Shown here piece after piece: positions 45,254-55,314 of a stretch of DNA of 64,000 bases; position 1 is the stretch's first letter; each line of letters opens with the position of its first letter. Under the pieces are notes generated by a model. It worked only from the letters and a program-made list of their open reading frames with translations, ran no database searches and was not told where the DNA came from. The stretch is from contig JBGSVZ010000085.1 in NCBI GenBank assembly GCA_041752695.1, positions 115,851 through 179,850 on the forward strand, given 5' to 3'. The DNA comes from Terrimicrobiaceae bacterium (GTDB lineage: Bacteria; Verrucomicrobiota; Verrucomicrobiia; Chthoniobacterales; Terrimicrobiaceae). The position numbers were made by a program, and so were the translations under genes.

Positions 45254-45256
45254 ATT

Positions 45257-45286
45257 GATAAAATCGATATTCTCTATGATTTTATC
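45257..45286. promoter_or_regulatory. Inverted repeat operator in LysR/aas divergent promoter
   Basis: GATAAAATC-N12-GATTTTATC in an AT-rich 73-bp intergenic region. Confidence 0.65.
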
Positions 45287-45326
45287 GAATAGGTAAATCT
45301 CAATTTCCGCGGCATTCTCACCGGCG

Positions 45327-48300
45327 ATGAAAACACTTCTTCGGCATCCGGGCGTCGGCGGGCTGCTTTTTGCTCAATCCCAGGTCGCCTTCACGGACAA
45401 CGCGGCCAAACTCCTCCTTATTGGACTGGTGCAAATCCTCCTGCCGGAGGACGAAGCATCGCGTCTGGTCAGCGCCATTGCCCTACTCCTCGTCGCGCCC
45501 TTCGTCCTCTTCGCCCCGCTGGGCGGATGGCTGGCGGATCGTTTCCCGAAACGTCATGTCCTCGCCGCCAGCCTCTGGCTGCAGTTAACCGTCACCATCG
45601 TCCTGGTCGCCGCCGTGGTGATTCATTCGATTCCCCTGGCGGTGGGCGGTTTTTTTCTCCTCGGCATCCAGTCGGCCCTGATGTCCCCGGCCCGCCGCGG
45701 CATGGCCAAGGAACTGGCGGGGGAGTCCGTCGGGGAACTGGTGGGCTGGATGGAAATGCTCTGTATTGCCGCCATCCTCATCGGCAGTGTGGCCGGCGGG
45801 CAGATGATTGACGGACTGACCGCCACGCTGGGCAATGCCTGGACCGCGGGGCTGATTTCTTTTGCCATTCTGGCGATCGGCTGCGTGGTGGCGCTGTTAG
45901 GGTTTCGGAATGTTCCGGCGCGCCAGGCCGCCACCCAAACGCCGTTCACCTGGAAATCCCTCCTCGGACACGCCGACCTGCTGCGCACGCTGCACCGGGA
46001 CCGTCCCGTCTGGCGCGCGGCTCTGGGCGACAGTGTGTTTTATCTGGCCGGAGGGGTGCTTTTGCTGACCCTGGCGGAGATTGGCCGCGGACTTTATCCC
46101 GATGGAATCGGCGCGGCGCGTTGCACGGGCATCATGCTTGCGGTGATGGGGGTGGGCGTGGCCGCCGGGAGTCTGGTGGCGGCGCGGTTGAGCCGTCATG
46201 GCATCAACCTCGGACTCGCGCCTCTGGGATCTCTGGGGATGGCGGGCGCCATGTTGGTGCTGGCGGCCACGACTCCGGGCGGCGTCCCTTTTTACCTGGG
46301 ACTGGCCGCGCTCGGCCTGTCCGGCGGGCTATACATCGTGCCGCTGGGAGCATTCCTGGTGGACCGTGCGCCGGAAGCGGAACGCGGAAAAATCCTCGCG
46401 GCTTCCGGCCTGCTTTCCAGCGTGGCGGGAGTGGTGGCGGTGGGCCTGCACGCCCTGGCCGTGGATTTCTTTCACGTGAACGAACAGGGTCAGTTCGTGC
46501 TGCTGGCTTTATTGATGCTCGCGACTTCCGTGATGGCCGCGCGCATGCTGCCGCAACATCTCATCCGCGTGGTGGCGCTGGCTTTGGCGCGCACGCGGTA
46601 TTCCGTAAAACGCGTGGGCCAAATCCCCGCGACGGGCGGCGTGCTGATCGTCTGCAATCACGTCAGTTATGTGGATACGCTGATTCTCTCATTGGCGGCT
46701 CCGCGGCCGATCCGGTTTCTTTCGTATGAGGGATTTTCCGATACGCCGGTGCTCCGTTTGATTTTGCGCATGGCAGGCACCATCCCGGTTTCTCCGACCA
46801 AGGCGAAGGAGGCGATTTATCGCGCGGCGGACAGCATCCGCCAGGGCGAGGTCGTCTGCATTTTTCCGGAAGGCCAACTCACCCGCACGGGATGCCTGAT
46901 GGAATTGAAAAGCGGATTTGAACTGATCGCCCGCCGCGCGAAATGTCCGGTGATCGTCGCCCACCTCGATGGACTCTGGGGCTCCATCTATTCGTTCGAG
47001 GGCGGACGGTATTTCACCAAAATGCCCCGCGGACTGCGCCGTCATGCCACGGTTTCGTTTTCCCAGCCCTTGCAGGAAATCTCCACCATCCGCGTCCGGG
47101 AGGTTCTCTTGGAGCAGGGGGAGGCGGCATTTCGGGCCCGTTCTGCCGGCCAAAACACGCTCGCCCATACGCTGATGCGGGCTCTGGAAGACGATCCCTT
47201 TCACACCTGCGTGGTGGATCAGACATCAGAAAAAAAATCGCTCACCAATATCGAGTTGCTCAGCCTGAGCTGGCGACTGGCCGTTCGCTGGCGCAAGGTT
47301 TTGCCGGAGCAACGTGTCGGCGTGATCCTGCCTCCGGGCCTTGCAGGAAGCCTCGCCAACCTCGCTCTCGTGCTGGCGGGCAAAGTGCCGGTAAACCTCA
47401 ATCCGACCCTCAGCGAGGAGGCCGCGAGGTCGTGCCTGGATCAGGCTGATGTCACCAGCATTATCACCGCCGTGGAAGTGACCCGCAAGCTGCCGAAGTT
47501 TCCCTGGACGGCAAAAGTCGTCACCATCGACACCGAGATCGCCGCGCTTTCGCGGAACGAACTCCTCGCCGCCTATGTCCAGGTCCTGCTCCTGCCGGCC
47601 AGGCTTCTGGCCGCGCGCATGCGCCTGCCCCGCACCTCGCCGCAGGACGAAGCGGTGGTACTTTTCACCAGCGGAACGTCGGGACAGCCCAAGGGTGTGG
47701 CTTTGTCCCATGCCAACATCCTGGCGAACTACGCCCAGATTGCCGATACGTCGTTTCTGCAAAAGGACGACCGCCTGCTCAGCGCCCTGCCGCTTTTCCA
47801 CAGCTTCGGCCTGACCATGGGGCTGTTTTTCCCGCTGCTCGCGGGGCGGACCATCATCACGGCCCCGTCCCCGCTCGACAGCGACAAACTCGCCGAGGCG
47901 GCTCGGGTGGGTTTGCCCACCGTGCTCCTCTCGACGCCCACATTTCTGCGCTCCTATATCAAACGCATCCCACGCGACGCCTTCGGCACCCTGCGCCTCG
48001 CGGTGGCTGGAGCGGAACGCCTTCCCGCGGAAACCGCCGCGGCGTTTCATGAGCGCTTTGGGTGCGAGGTTTTGGAAGGATACGGTCTAACCGAGGCGTC
48101 GCCCGTGGTTTGCCTCAGCGTGCCCCATCCGCCCCGCGGCCCCGGAGCGGATTCCCTCCAGATCGGCCAGCGTGAAGGCAGCGTCGGGCGTCTCCTCCCC
48201 GGCGTGTCGATGCGTTTGTTCGATCCCGAGACGCACGAACCCTCCCCCACCCGCGGCCTGATGGCCTTGCGGGGCGCAAATGTGGTTGGCCATTATCTCG

Positions 48301-48713
48301 GAGGGGCCGATCCGGAGAAATTTCGCGAAGGCTGGTTTTTCACCGGCGACATTGTCCGCGTGGATCCCGAGGGGTTCCTTTTTGTCGAAGGGCGGGTGAG
48401 CCGGTTTTCCAAAATCGGAGGCGAAATGGTGTCGCATTCCGCCGTGGAAACAGCCCTGGCCGAAGCACTGCCCGGGGAGGCGCACGATTGTGTGCTCGGC
48501 GTTTCCTGCCCCGAAAAAGGCGAACGCCTCGTCCTCCTCACCACGCGAACGCTCACCAAGGAAACCATGCGCGAACGACTCGCCGGACGGATCCCGAACC
48601 TCTGGATTCCCCGTGAGATCGTCCGGCTCGACCGTCTGCCCACCCTGGCCAGCGGTAAGCTTAACCTTGCGGAATGCCGCCGCCTCGCCACAGTACCCAA
48701 CGCCACCGTATGA
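45327..48713 (+). CDS. Aas-like fusion: MFS (LplT-like), PlsC acyltransferase and AMP-binding acyl-ACP synthetase
   Basis: TM N-half, NHVSYVD, FPEG, FTSGTSGQPKG, EGYGLTE and SKIGGEMV. Confidence 0.92.
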   Translation: MKTLLRHPGVGGLLFAQSQVAFTDNAAKLLLIGLVQILLPEDEASRLVSAIALLLVAPFVLFAPLGGWLADRFPKRHVLAASLWLQLTVTIVLVAAVVIHSIPLAVGGFFLLGIQSALMSPARRGMAKELAGESVGELVGWMEMLCIAAILIGSVAGGQMIDGLTATLGNAWTAGLISFAILAIGCVVALLGFRNVPARQAATQTPFTWKSLLGHADLLRTLHRDRPVWRAALGDSVFYLAGGVLLLTLAEIGRGLYPDGIGAARCTGIMLAVMGVGVAAGSLVAARLSRHGINLGLAPLGSLGMAGAMLVLAATTPGGVPFYLGLAALGLSGGLYIVPLGAFLVDRAPEAERGKILAASGLLSSVAGVVAVGLHALAVDFFHVNEQGQFVLLALLMLATSVMAARMLPQHLIRVVALALARTRYSVKRVGQIPATGGVLIVCNHVSYVDTLILSLAAPRPIRFLSYEGFSDTPVLRLILRMAGTIPVSPTKAKEAIYRAADSIRQGEVVCIFPEGQLTRTGCLMELKSGFELIARRAKCPVIVAHLDGLWGSIYSFEGGRYFTKMPRGLRRHATVSFSQPLQEISTIRVREVLLEQGEAAFRARSAGQNTLAHTLMRALEDDPFHTCVVDQTSEKKSLTNIELLSLSWRLAVRWRKVLPEQRVGVILPPGLAGSLANLALVLAGKVPVNLNPTLSEEAARSCLDQADVTSIITAVEVTRKLPKFPWTAKVVTIDTEIAALSRNELLAAYVQVLLLPARLLAARMRLPRTSPQDEAVVLFTSGTSGQPKGVALSHANILANYAQIADTSFLQKDDRLLSALPLFHSFGLTMGLFFPLLAGRTIITAPSPLDSDKLAEAARVGLPTVLLSTPTFLRSYIKRIPRDAFGTLRLAVAGAERLPAETAAAFHERFGCEVLEGYGLTEASPVVCLSVPHPPRGPGADSLQIGQREGSVGRLLPGVSMRLFDPETHEPSPTRGLMALRGANVVGHYLGGADPEKFREGWFFTGDIVRVDPEGFLFVEGRVSRFSKIGGEMVSHSAVETALAEALPGEAHDCVLGVSCPEKGERLVLLTTRTLTKETMRERLAGRIPNLWIPREIVRLDRLPTLASGKLNLAECRRLATVPNATV

Positions 48714-49342
48714 AACTCGCCCTATTGGCCGCCTCGACGCTTCCCGTCCTTGCCCAGGCCGCGTCCAAGGAAGGGACCCGCACCTTCATCCTCGATGGCA
48801 TCTGGGGCTATCACTCGCGGTGGGAAGGCCTCCGCGCCCGCATCGACCGGGAAGTCGGCCCCTGCCGGATCTGGCAATACAACAACACCGGCTTCGTTTC
48901 CCTGGAGGAACTCGGCAGGGAGCTGGCGACCGAAATGGAAAAAATTGACGGCCCAGTGAACCTCATCGGCTTCAGCATGGGCGGGCTCGTTGTGCGCGAG
49001 GCGCTGCGTCATTCGCCGGAACTCAATGCCGAACGCATTGTCCTGCTCCACTCCCCCAATCGCGGCAGCCTGAATGGCCTCCTGCTCCCCCTCGCCGCCT
49101 GTCGGGAAATGCGCCCGGGCAGCCCGTTTCTCCGCCGTCTCGACGATGCCCCGTGGGACCGCCCCACCCTCGTCACCTGGTGCCCGTGGGACCTGATGGT
49201 CTTTCCCGGGGACTCCGCCTGCTGGAGTAAAGCGACCCGCAGCCTCCGCTCCGACATCCCGGCCCACAACTGGCCGGTCTATTCCCGCGGGATTCATAAC
49301 GCGGTGGTGGAGTTTCTGACCGAACCTTCTTCGGAGCGTTAG
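48710..49342 (+). CDS. Alpha/beta hydrolase (lipase/esterase)
   Basis: GFSMGG nucleophile elbow, SPNRGS and D.MVFP. ATGA overlap with the upstream gene. Confidence 0.85.
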   Translation: MKLALLAASTLPVLAQAASKEGTRTFILDGIWGYHSRWEGLRARIDREVGPCRIWQYNNTGFVSLEELGRELATEMEKIDGPVNLIGFSMGGLVVREALRHSPELNAERIVLLHSPNRGSLNGLLLPLAACREMRPGSPFLRRLDDAPWDRPTLVTWCPWDLMVFPGDSACWSKATRSLRSDIPAHNWPVYSRGIHNAVVEFLTEPSSER

Positions 49343-49431
49343 GGACACCACTCCCGACCCAAACGGGGAGGAAATTTTCCCGTCCTCCGCGGTGGACATT
49401 TTCCCGCCCGTGGCAGAAAACGATCGCGCCC

Positions 49432-51495
49432 ATGCACAGCCTTGTTTTTCTCCAAGATCTCGCCGTGGTCATGTGCGTCGCTGCCGTGGCGACGATTTTG
49501 TTCCGCCAGTTCAAACAACCGGTGGTCCTTGGCTACATCCTGGCCGGGCTGGTGATCGGCCCGCACACGCCGCCTTTTGAACTCATCCACGATGAGCATA
49601 CAATCAAGACCCTGGCCGAGCTGGGGGTAATTTTCCTAATGTTTTCGCTGGGGCTGGAATTCAGCCTGCGCAAGCTCCAGAAGGTCGGAGCGGCGGCTTT
49701 CATCGCGGCCGCGCTGGAAATTCTCATTATGATGCTGGCGGGTTACGAACTCGGCCGCATCTTCGGCTGGAGCAAAATGGACAGCGTCTTCCTCGGCGCC
49801 ATCCTGGCCATCTCGTCCACCACCATCATCATCAAAGCCCTCGAGGGCCTGGGGAAAACCAAGGAACCGTTTGCCGGGCTCATTTTCGGGATTCTGATCG
49901 TCGAGGACATTCTGGCGATTTTGATGATCGTGCTTCTCACCGGGTTCGCCATGACAGGAGAAATCAACCCCGGCCAGATCGGCATGACGATTCTGGGCCT
50001 CGGCTCCTTCCTCGGCATCCTACTCGTCGGCGGACTTATCGTCGTGCCGCGCTTTCTGAACTACGTGGCAAAATTCAAAAGCGACGAAATGCTCCTCATC
50101 ACCGTGGTGGGCCTGTGTTTCGGCGTTTCCCTGCTCACGGTCCATCTCGGCTACAGCGTGGCTCTCGGAGCCTTCCTCATCGGCGCCATCATCGCCGAGG
50201 CCCGCCAGATCACGAAAATCGAGGCCCTGATGCATCCCGTCCGGGATCTTTTCAGCGCGGTCTTTTTCGTTTCCATCGGTCTGCTCATCGACCCCTCGCT
50301 CATCGTGAAATACGCCTGGCCCATCCTGGCCATTACCGCCGTGGTGGTGATCGGCAAGGTTTTCAGCTGCACCCTCGGATGTTTTGTCTCGGGCAACGAC
50401 CGCCGCACCTCCGTGAAAGTGGGCATGAGCCTGTCGCAGATCGGCGAATTTTCCTTCATCATTGCCTCGCTGGGGCTAACCCTGAAAACCGTCGGCGGGG
50501 AGTCTGTGACCAGCGACTTTTTGTATCCGATTGCCGTGGCCGTTTCGGCCATCACAACGCTGCTCACGCCCTACCTGATTCGGAGTTCGGATACCGTGGT
50601 GCACTGGTTCGACCGCGTCGCTCCCAAGCCGCTCTTGCAGAGCATGGACGCCTACACTCAATGGGTCGGCAGCCTGGCCCAGCGCGGCGGTGCGCATTTG
50701 GAGCGCAAGATCCTCAGCAAGCTCGGCCTGCAGATCGGCGTCAACCTGCTCCTCATCACCGGGATTTTCATCAGTGCCGTTTTCCTCCGGACCAAAGCCC
50801 TCTCCGCCTTCCCGGAATTTCCAGGCGGCGACGACGGCGTGAAGGCGCTGGTCTGGCTGGCCGCGCTGCTGGTGAGTTTTCCCCTGTTGATCGCCGTCTG
50901 GCGCAAGATGGAGGTGGGTGCCATGGTCATCTCGGAAATGAGCGTGAACACCGCCACGGCCGGGCCCAAGGCCCAGGCCATTCAAACCATGATTTCCAAC
51001 GTCATGACCACTGTGGGCACGGGGATCCTCGTCCTTATCGTTCTGCTCCTCAGTTCCGCCCTCCTGCCCTCGCGCAACATGCTCCTGCTCGTGCTGTTGA
51101 TCGTCATCATCGCCGGCTATTTCCTCTTCCGTAGCTCAGTAAAACTTTATGCGGGCGCGCAATTCGCTCTGCACGACACCTTCGCCCAACCGGCCGACCC
51201 GCACCCCCACCATGCGCCGGAACCCAAAGCCATGCCCTCGCTCCTCAAGCATGCCGAACTGGAAACCGTCGAAGTCCGGCCCGATTCCCATGGTGTCGGC
51301 AAGATGATATCCGAACTCCGCCTCCGTTCCGAAACCGGGGCCAGTGTCGTGGGCATCGAACGCAACGGGGAAAGTCTGATCAACCCCCCACCCCACGAGG
51401 AGCTGCACCACGGCGATCAAATCTTGCTCATTGGCACGACCGAACAACTGAAAGCCGCCAAAGCGCTGCTGGCGTCAGCCCGATCCTCCGCGTGA
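49432..51495 (+). CDS. CPA2 family cation:proton antiporter with C-terminal TrkA-C (RCK-C) domain
   Basis: AELGVIFLMFSLGLEFS, ISST, VEDI, QIGEFSFII; C-terminal LRLRSETGASVVGIER. Confidence 0.92.
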   Translation: MHSLVFLQDLAVVMCVAAVATILFRQFKQPVVLGYILAGLVIGPHTPPFELIHDEHTIKTLAELGVIFLMFSLGLEFSLRKLQKVGAAAFIAAALEILIMMLAGYELGRIFGWSKMDSVFLGAILAISSTTIIIKALEGLGKTKEPFAGLIFGILIVEDILAILMIVLLTGFAMTGEINPGQIGMTILGLGSFLGILLVGGLIVVPRFLNYVAKFKSDEMLLITVVGLCFGVSLLTVHLGYSVALGAFLIGAIIAEARQITKIEALMHPVRDLFSAVFFVSIGLLIDPSLIVKYAWPILAITAVVVIGKVFSCTLGCFVSGNDRRTSVKVGMSLSQIGEFSFIIASLGLTLKTVGGESVTSDFLYPIAVAVSAITTLLTPYLIRSSDTVVHWFDRVAPKPLLQSMDAYTQWVGSLAQRGGAHLERKILSKLGLQIGVNLLLITGIFISAVFLRTKALSAFPEFPGGDDGVKALVWLAALLVSFPLLIAVWRKMEVGAMVISEMSVNTATAGPKAQAIQTMISNVMTTVGTGILVLIVLLLSSALLPSRNMLLLVLLIVIIAGYFLFRSSVKLYAGAQFALHDTFAQPADPHPHHAPEPKAMPSLLKHAELETVEVRPDSHGVGKMISELRLRSETGASVVGIERNGESLINPPPHEELHHGDQILLIGTTEQLKAAKALLASARSSA

Positions 51496-51618
51496 GATTC
51501 CGCGACGAGGGGGGCATTCCTTTCCCAAAGCCGCGACGCAGTATCGCCTCGCCGTGAGAACGCCCTGACACTAGAGGGCGGCTAAAACTCCTGCAGCCAT
51601 GACATTTTCTAAAATGCC

Positions 51619-52008
51619 CTAATTGGTCGTCACCGTGTAAATCAAAGTCCGGTTGGTCGTATTATGGAGCAGGTACGTCCGCGCTGTCGTCGCTTCTGTG
51701 CTGGAGAGGCCATCAACACGGAAATAGTTGGTGATATTGCCGATCATGACTCTCACGCCATTGGTGATTGCGGTAACCGCATTTGCTTCGTTGTTTGTCC
51801 CCGCATAACCCGCCGCGATGGCCGCATTATAGGTGGAAGCCAGGTTTTGAGCGTTTCGCTGCGTTTTTGCCGTGGTCGCGGCCCGGGTAATTCCCGCGAT
51901 GTTGGGAATTGCGATCGCTGCGATGATCGCAATAACAGCAATAACCACGAGTAACTCAACAAGACTAAAGCCTCGATGAACCGACATTCTAGGAGCGTTT
52001 GAGTTCAT
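51619..52008 (-). CDS. Type IV pilin-like protein
   Basis: RG/FSLVELLVVIAVIAIIAAIAIP prepilin peptidase motif; 129 aa, Thr/Asn-rich. Confidence 0.88.
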   Translation of the reverse strand: MNSNAPRMSVHRGFSLVELLVVIAVIAIIAAIAIPNIAGITRAATTAKTQRNAQNLASTYNAAIAAGYAGTNNEANAVTAITNGVRVMIGNITNYFRVDGLSSTEATTARTYLLHNTTNRTLIYTVTTN

Positions 52009-52338
52009 TGCTGCAACAGGTTGATCGCTTCTGACGAAGAAAGCAATGCCCCCAAACCCTCATTTAGGGATAGGGAAAGCCTGTATTTTAGCGCAACGTT
52101 GCAGAAACATCAAACAACCAACCTGCGTAACCCTATCTTTTGGGGGATGGGAATTGTTACTTCCCCCAGGACTGCGTTTCCGCCTGCCTATCTAGCCCAA
52201 GCGGCCTACGCCACACTGTCCCGCTGCTCGTCACCCTTCCGACCAAAGCGGTGAATCGCTCGGGGGGGGGAATACCGCTTCTTCGGCATGAGGTTTTGTG
52301 CTTTGTCGGCCGCCGCCGAATCTCCAGACTCCCGCCCG

Positions 52339-52839
52339 ATGAGTTCCAAGTACGTCCAAAATTTCCAGGACATGCTGCTGCATCAGATGGTGCGTTTTTT
52401 CCGGCTGAGCGGATCCCGGGAAATGGGAGCGCGGGGATTTGCCATCGGCTTGGCCTGCAATTTTTATCCCACGTTTGGGCTGGGCGCGGTGCTCTCCGGG
52501 TTCCTGGCCAAGGCAGTGGGCGGCAATGTGGTGGCGGGGTTCATCGGGGGCAGCACGCTGGCGGTTTTCTGGCCGCTGTTGTTTTATGTCAACATGCGGG
52601 TCGGTAGCCTCTTCGTGCGGCCGCCGATTGTCGTGGACGACCTAGGGGATGTCACCGTGCCGAACATGTGCGCGCTCGCCTGGGGGCAAACCTTTGCCAT
52701 CGGCTCGGTGATCAACAGCGTCATCGCCGCCACCGTGGCCTATTTTGGGTTTCTCGTCCTCTACGAGCGCATCCGTCCCTCCGCCTTGCGCTGGCTCCGG
52801 GGACGCATTCGTCTGCGGCGCGCCAGACGCCGACACTAA
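52339..52839 (+). CDS. DUF2062 family membrane protein
   Basis: ARGFAIGL...PTFG motif and hydrophobic segments. Start taken at MSSKYV. Confidence 0.75.
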   Translation: MSSKYVQNFQDMLLHQMVRFFRLSGSREMGARGFAIGLACNFYPTFGLGAVLSGFLAKAVGGNVVAGFIGGSTLAVFWPLLFYVNMRVGSLFVRPPIVVDDLGDVTVPNMCALAWGQTFAIGSVINSVIAATVAYFGFLVLYERIRPSALRWLRGRIRLRRARRRH

Positions 52840-52908
52840 GGAACAGGCCTCCTCCGGCGTATCCCTCGCAAATTTTTGGGTCAGGCCGGCAGCTGACCCT
52901 CCAGAATT

Positions 52909-54228
52909 CTAAGGCTCGGGGTTCACCCGGATGAAATTCGCCAGCCATTTCCCGGTTGGACCGATGATGAGGGTCTTGGGGTCCTGCAGGTTGGAGAGGC
53001 CAAAATTCGCGGCATATCCCTCGGCCCACTCGTAGTTGTCGATGAGCGTCCAGGGGAAATATCCGCGGACATCCACTCCATCCTCCATGGCACGGCGCAT
53101 TTGGTTCACATGCTCGCGGAAGTAGCGGACTTTTTTCTGCTCACTTTGCGTACCAATGCCATTTTCGGAAATCACGATGGGCTTGCCGTAGCGCTGATAG
53201 ACATTCAGGAGCGTGGCATGAAGTCCCTCGGGGTCGATTTCCCAACCATTTTGGGTGTAGTTGGAGCTTTGCTCACCGACGGGCCGGAAGATAAAGCGCG
53301 CGGCGGAGGCATCCTGCGAATAATAATAATTCACCCCGATGAGATCCATCGTGTTGGCCACCCGGTCGAGATGCTCAAAGTTTTGGTGCATCATCATGTT
53401 GTAAACAAACTGGGTGGGATCCTGGAGGAAGTTGCGACGCCAGTTCGGAATCGAATAGATGCCCATGACGATGGCATCCGGGCGTTTGCTTTTGATGATC
53501 GCGGATGCATCCCGAAACATGTTCACCGCCACCGTGTGGGCCTTTTTCAACGCGCCCGGAGTGAGCAACAGCCCCGGAGGCCAGTGTCCGCCGAAATACC
53601 CGATGTACAGCGCGCCATTGGGTTCGTTCTGCGGCACAAAGATCCGCACATCCGGCGACAGGGCAGTGACCATCTTGTTCACGTAAACATTCCACGACTT
53701 TTCCACATCAGGATGAAGGAATCCCGAGCGGTTCTTTTTCTCGGTGTCGTAGAGCCAATCGGGAAAGGTGAAATGCCAGAGCGTGACAATGGGCTCGATC
53801 CCGGCGGCCCGGAGTTTGCGAGCCATCCCGGCGTATTGGCGGATGGCGGCTTCGTTGAAGACCCCGGGCTTGGGTTCCACCCGGCCCCATTCGATGCCAA
53901 ACCGGTAATGATTGACTCCGAGCTTCTTTAACGCCGCGAGGTCCTTGTCGAAATTCGTCCAGGAGAACGTCGCATCGTCGCCACGCGGCGGGATATGCCC
54001 TTCCTCGGCGAAGACATCCCAGTCGGTTTTGAAATAATAGGGCGAGCCTGGCTTCACCCCACGGTCTTCATTCTGAAAACTCGCCGTGGAAGTGCCCCAC
54101 CAGAATTTCCCCGTTTTCACGGGTGTGACAGAGGCGGGTTTTTGGTACGCCTTGGGAGGAAGCACACAGCCCTGCAGAAGAATGGCGAGCGCGAGGGCTC
54201 CGAGAGGGAGTTTGGCGGGAATATTCAT
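52909..54228 (-). CDS. Glycoside hydrolase family 1 lipoprotein
   Basis: Lipobox LQGC, FWWGTSTASFQNE, YRFGIEW.R, QNEP (acid/base), ISENG (nucleophile) and DNYEWAEG. Confidence 0.92.
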   Translation of the reverse strand: MNIPAKLPLGALALAILLQGCVLPPKAYQKPASVTPVKTGKFWWGTSTASFQNEDRGVKPGSPYYFKTDWDVFAEEGHIPPRGDDATFSWTNFDKDLAALKKLGVNHYRFGIEWGRVEPKPGVFNEAAIRQYAGMARKLRAAGIEPIVTLWHFTFPDWLYDTEKKNRSGFLHPDVEKSWNVYVNKMVTALSPDVRIFVPQNEPNGALYIGYFGGHWPPGLLLTPGALKKAHTVAVNMFRDASAIIKSKRPDAIVMGIYSIPNWRRNFLQDPTQFVYNMMMHQNFEHLDRVANTMDLIGVNYYYSQDASAARFIFRPVGEQSSNYTQNGWEIDPEGLHATLLNVYQRYGKPIVISENGIGTQSEQKKVRYFREHVNQMRRAMEDGVDVRGYFPWTLIDNYEWAEGYAANFGLSNLQDPKTLIIGPTGKWLANFIRVNPEP

Positions 54229-54266
54229 GTTGAAGCCGTGTGCGTGTCATGGTTGCCTACAAAGTC

Positions 54267-55289
54267 ATGGCCCGCACGACAATCTTCAATTCGCTCCGAG
54301 CCCTGGTTCTTTCCCTGACCGTGGCCGCCACCGCCACCGCCGCAGACGACCAATCTTTTCAGGCGCCCGACAGCCTCATTCTGAAAGGCGGCAAGACCGT
54401 CCATGGGCTCATCCTGAAAAACTCCCGCGACGCCGTGTTGCTCCAGGAGAAACTCGAAGAGGTCAGCTATCCGAAAAGCGAGATCGTCCGCATCATCGAC
54501 AACACCAACAGCGAGAGTATTTTCACGGGCTTGATTGGCAAGGGCAAGTTGCCTTCGTGGCGGGTTATCGCCAGCGACCTGCGCAGCAACGACGCGGTGC
54601 GCTCTTTTGTGGAGATTCCCGCGACGGTGATCGACAAGGGCGACTTTAAGAATGTCCCCTACAAGTCGTTCCGGGTGAATTTCGACATCGAACTCAATAT
54701 CTACGGCGATCCCGAGGATCCCGCCGGGCTGGAAGTGGGGGTCTATGGTCCGCGAGCCAAGTTCGAAAAACTGCGCCGTCTTTTGCGGAGCTACCTGGTG
54801 GGTTATCTCACGACCCGGGACGAAATTTCGAAAATCTACTCTATTGGGCTCAAAGAAGGCCTGGCCACCTCAGGGGATCTCACTATCGAGGTCACTCCGC
54901 CCACCGCTCCGGATGCCTACGGCGCCTGGTGGATCTCGCTCTACAACAAAAAGGCTCTGGCGAAGGTCCGCCTGAGCGACAAGGAATACGCGCAGCTTGT
55001 CGTGCCCGAAGATCAGGTGGTCGATAAAAACGGCCGGCTGATCGACAACGGCTGGACGGACGGTCAGGTGGACAAGGCGAAGAAAAAAGATCCGGACGCC
55101 CAGGTTTTGCTGCGAGGGTTCTATCGGGACAAGGACGGTGTATTTCGCCTGATGGTGGACGAGGTTCCTGCGACGGCCCGGAAAAAGACCGGAGCCACTT
55201 CGCCCACGGACATGATGTCCTTCATCCCGACCAGCCTGGAAAGCCTGAGGCTTCCTCTCCCTTACCTTCACCCCAAAGAGGCCGAATAG
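54267..55289 (+). CDS. Hypothetical secreted protein
   Basis: Signal peptide (LVLSLTVAATATA), DSLILKGG N-domain, coding-like codon usage. No family recognised. Confidence 0.7.
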   Translation: MARTTIFNSLRALVLSLTVAATATAADDQSFQAPDSLILKGGKTVHGLILKNSRDAVLLQEKLEEVSYPKSEIVRIIDNTNSESIFTGLIGKGKLPSWRVIASDLRSNDAVRSFVEIPATVIDKGDFKNVPYKSFRVNFDIELNIYGDPEDPAGLEVGVYGPRAKFEKLRRLLRSYLVGYLTTRDEISKIYSIGLKEGLATSGDLTIEVTPPTAPDAYGAWWISLYNKKALAKVRLSDKEYAQLVVPEDQVVDKNGRLIDNGWTDGQVDKAKKKDPDAQVLLRGFYRDKDGVFRLMVDEVPATARKKTGATSPTDMMSFIPTSLESLRLPLPYLHPKEAE

Positions 55290-55314
55290 CCACTCGCGGG
55301 AAGACCGGGACCTC

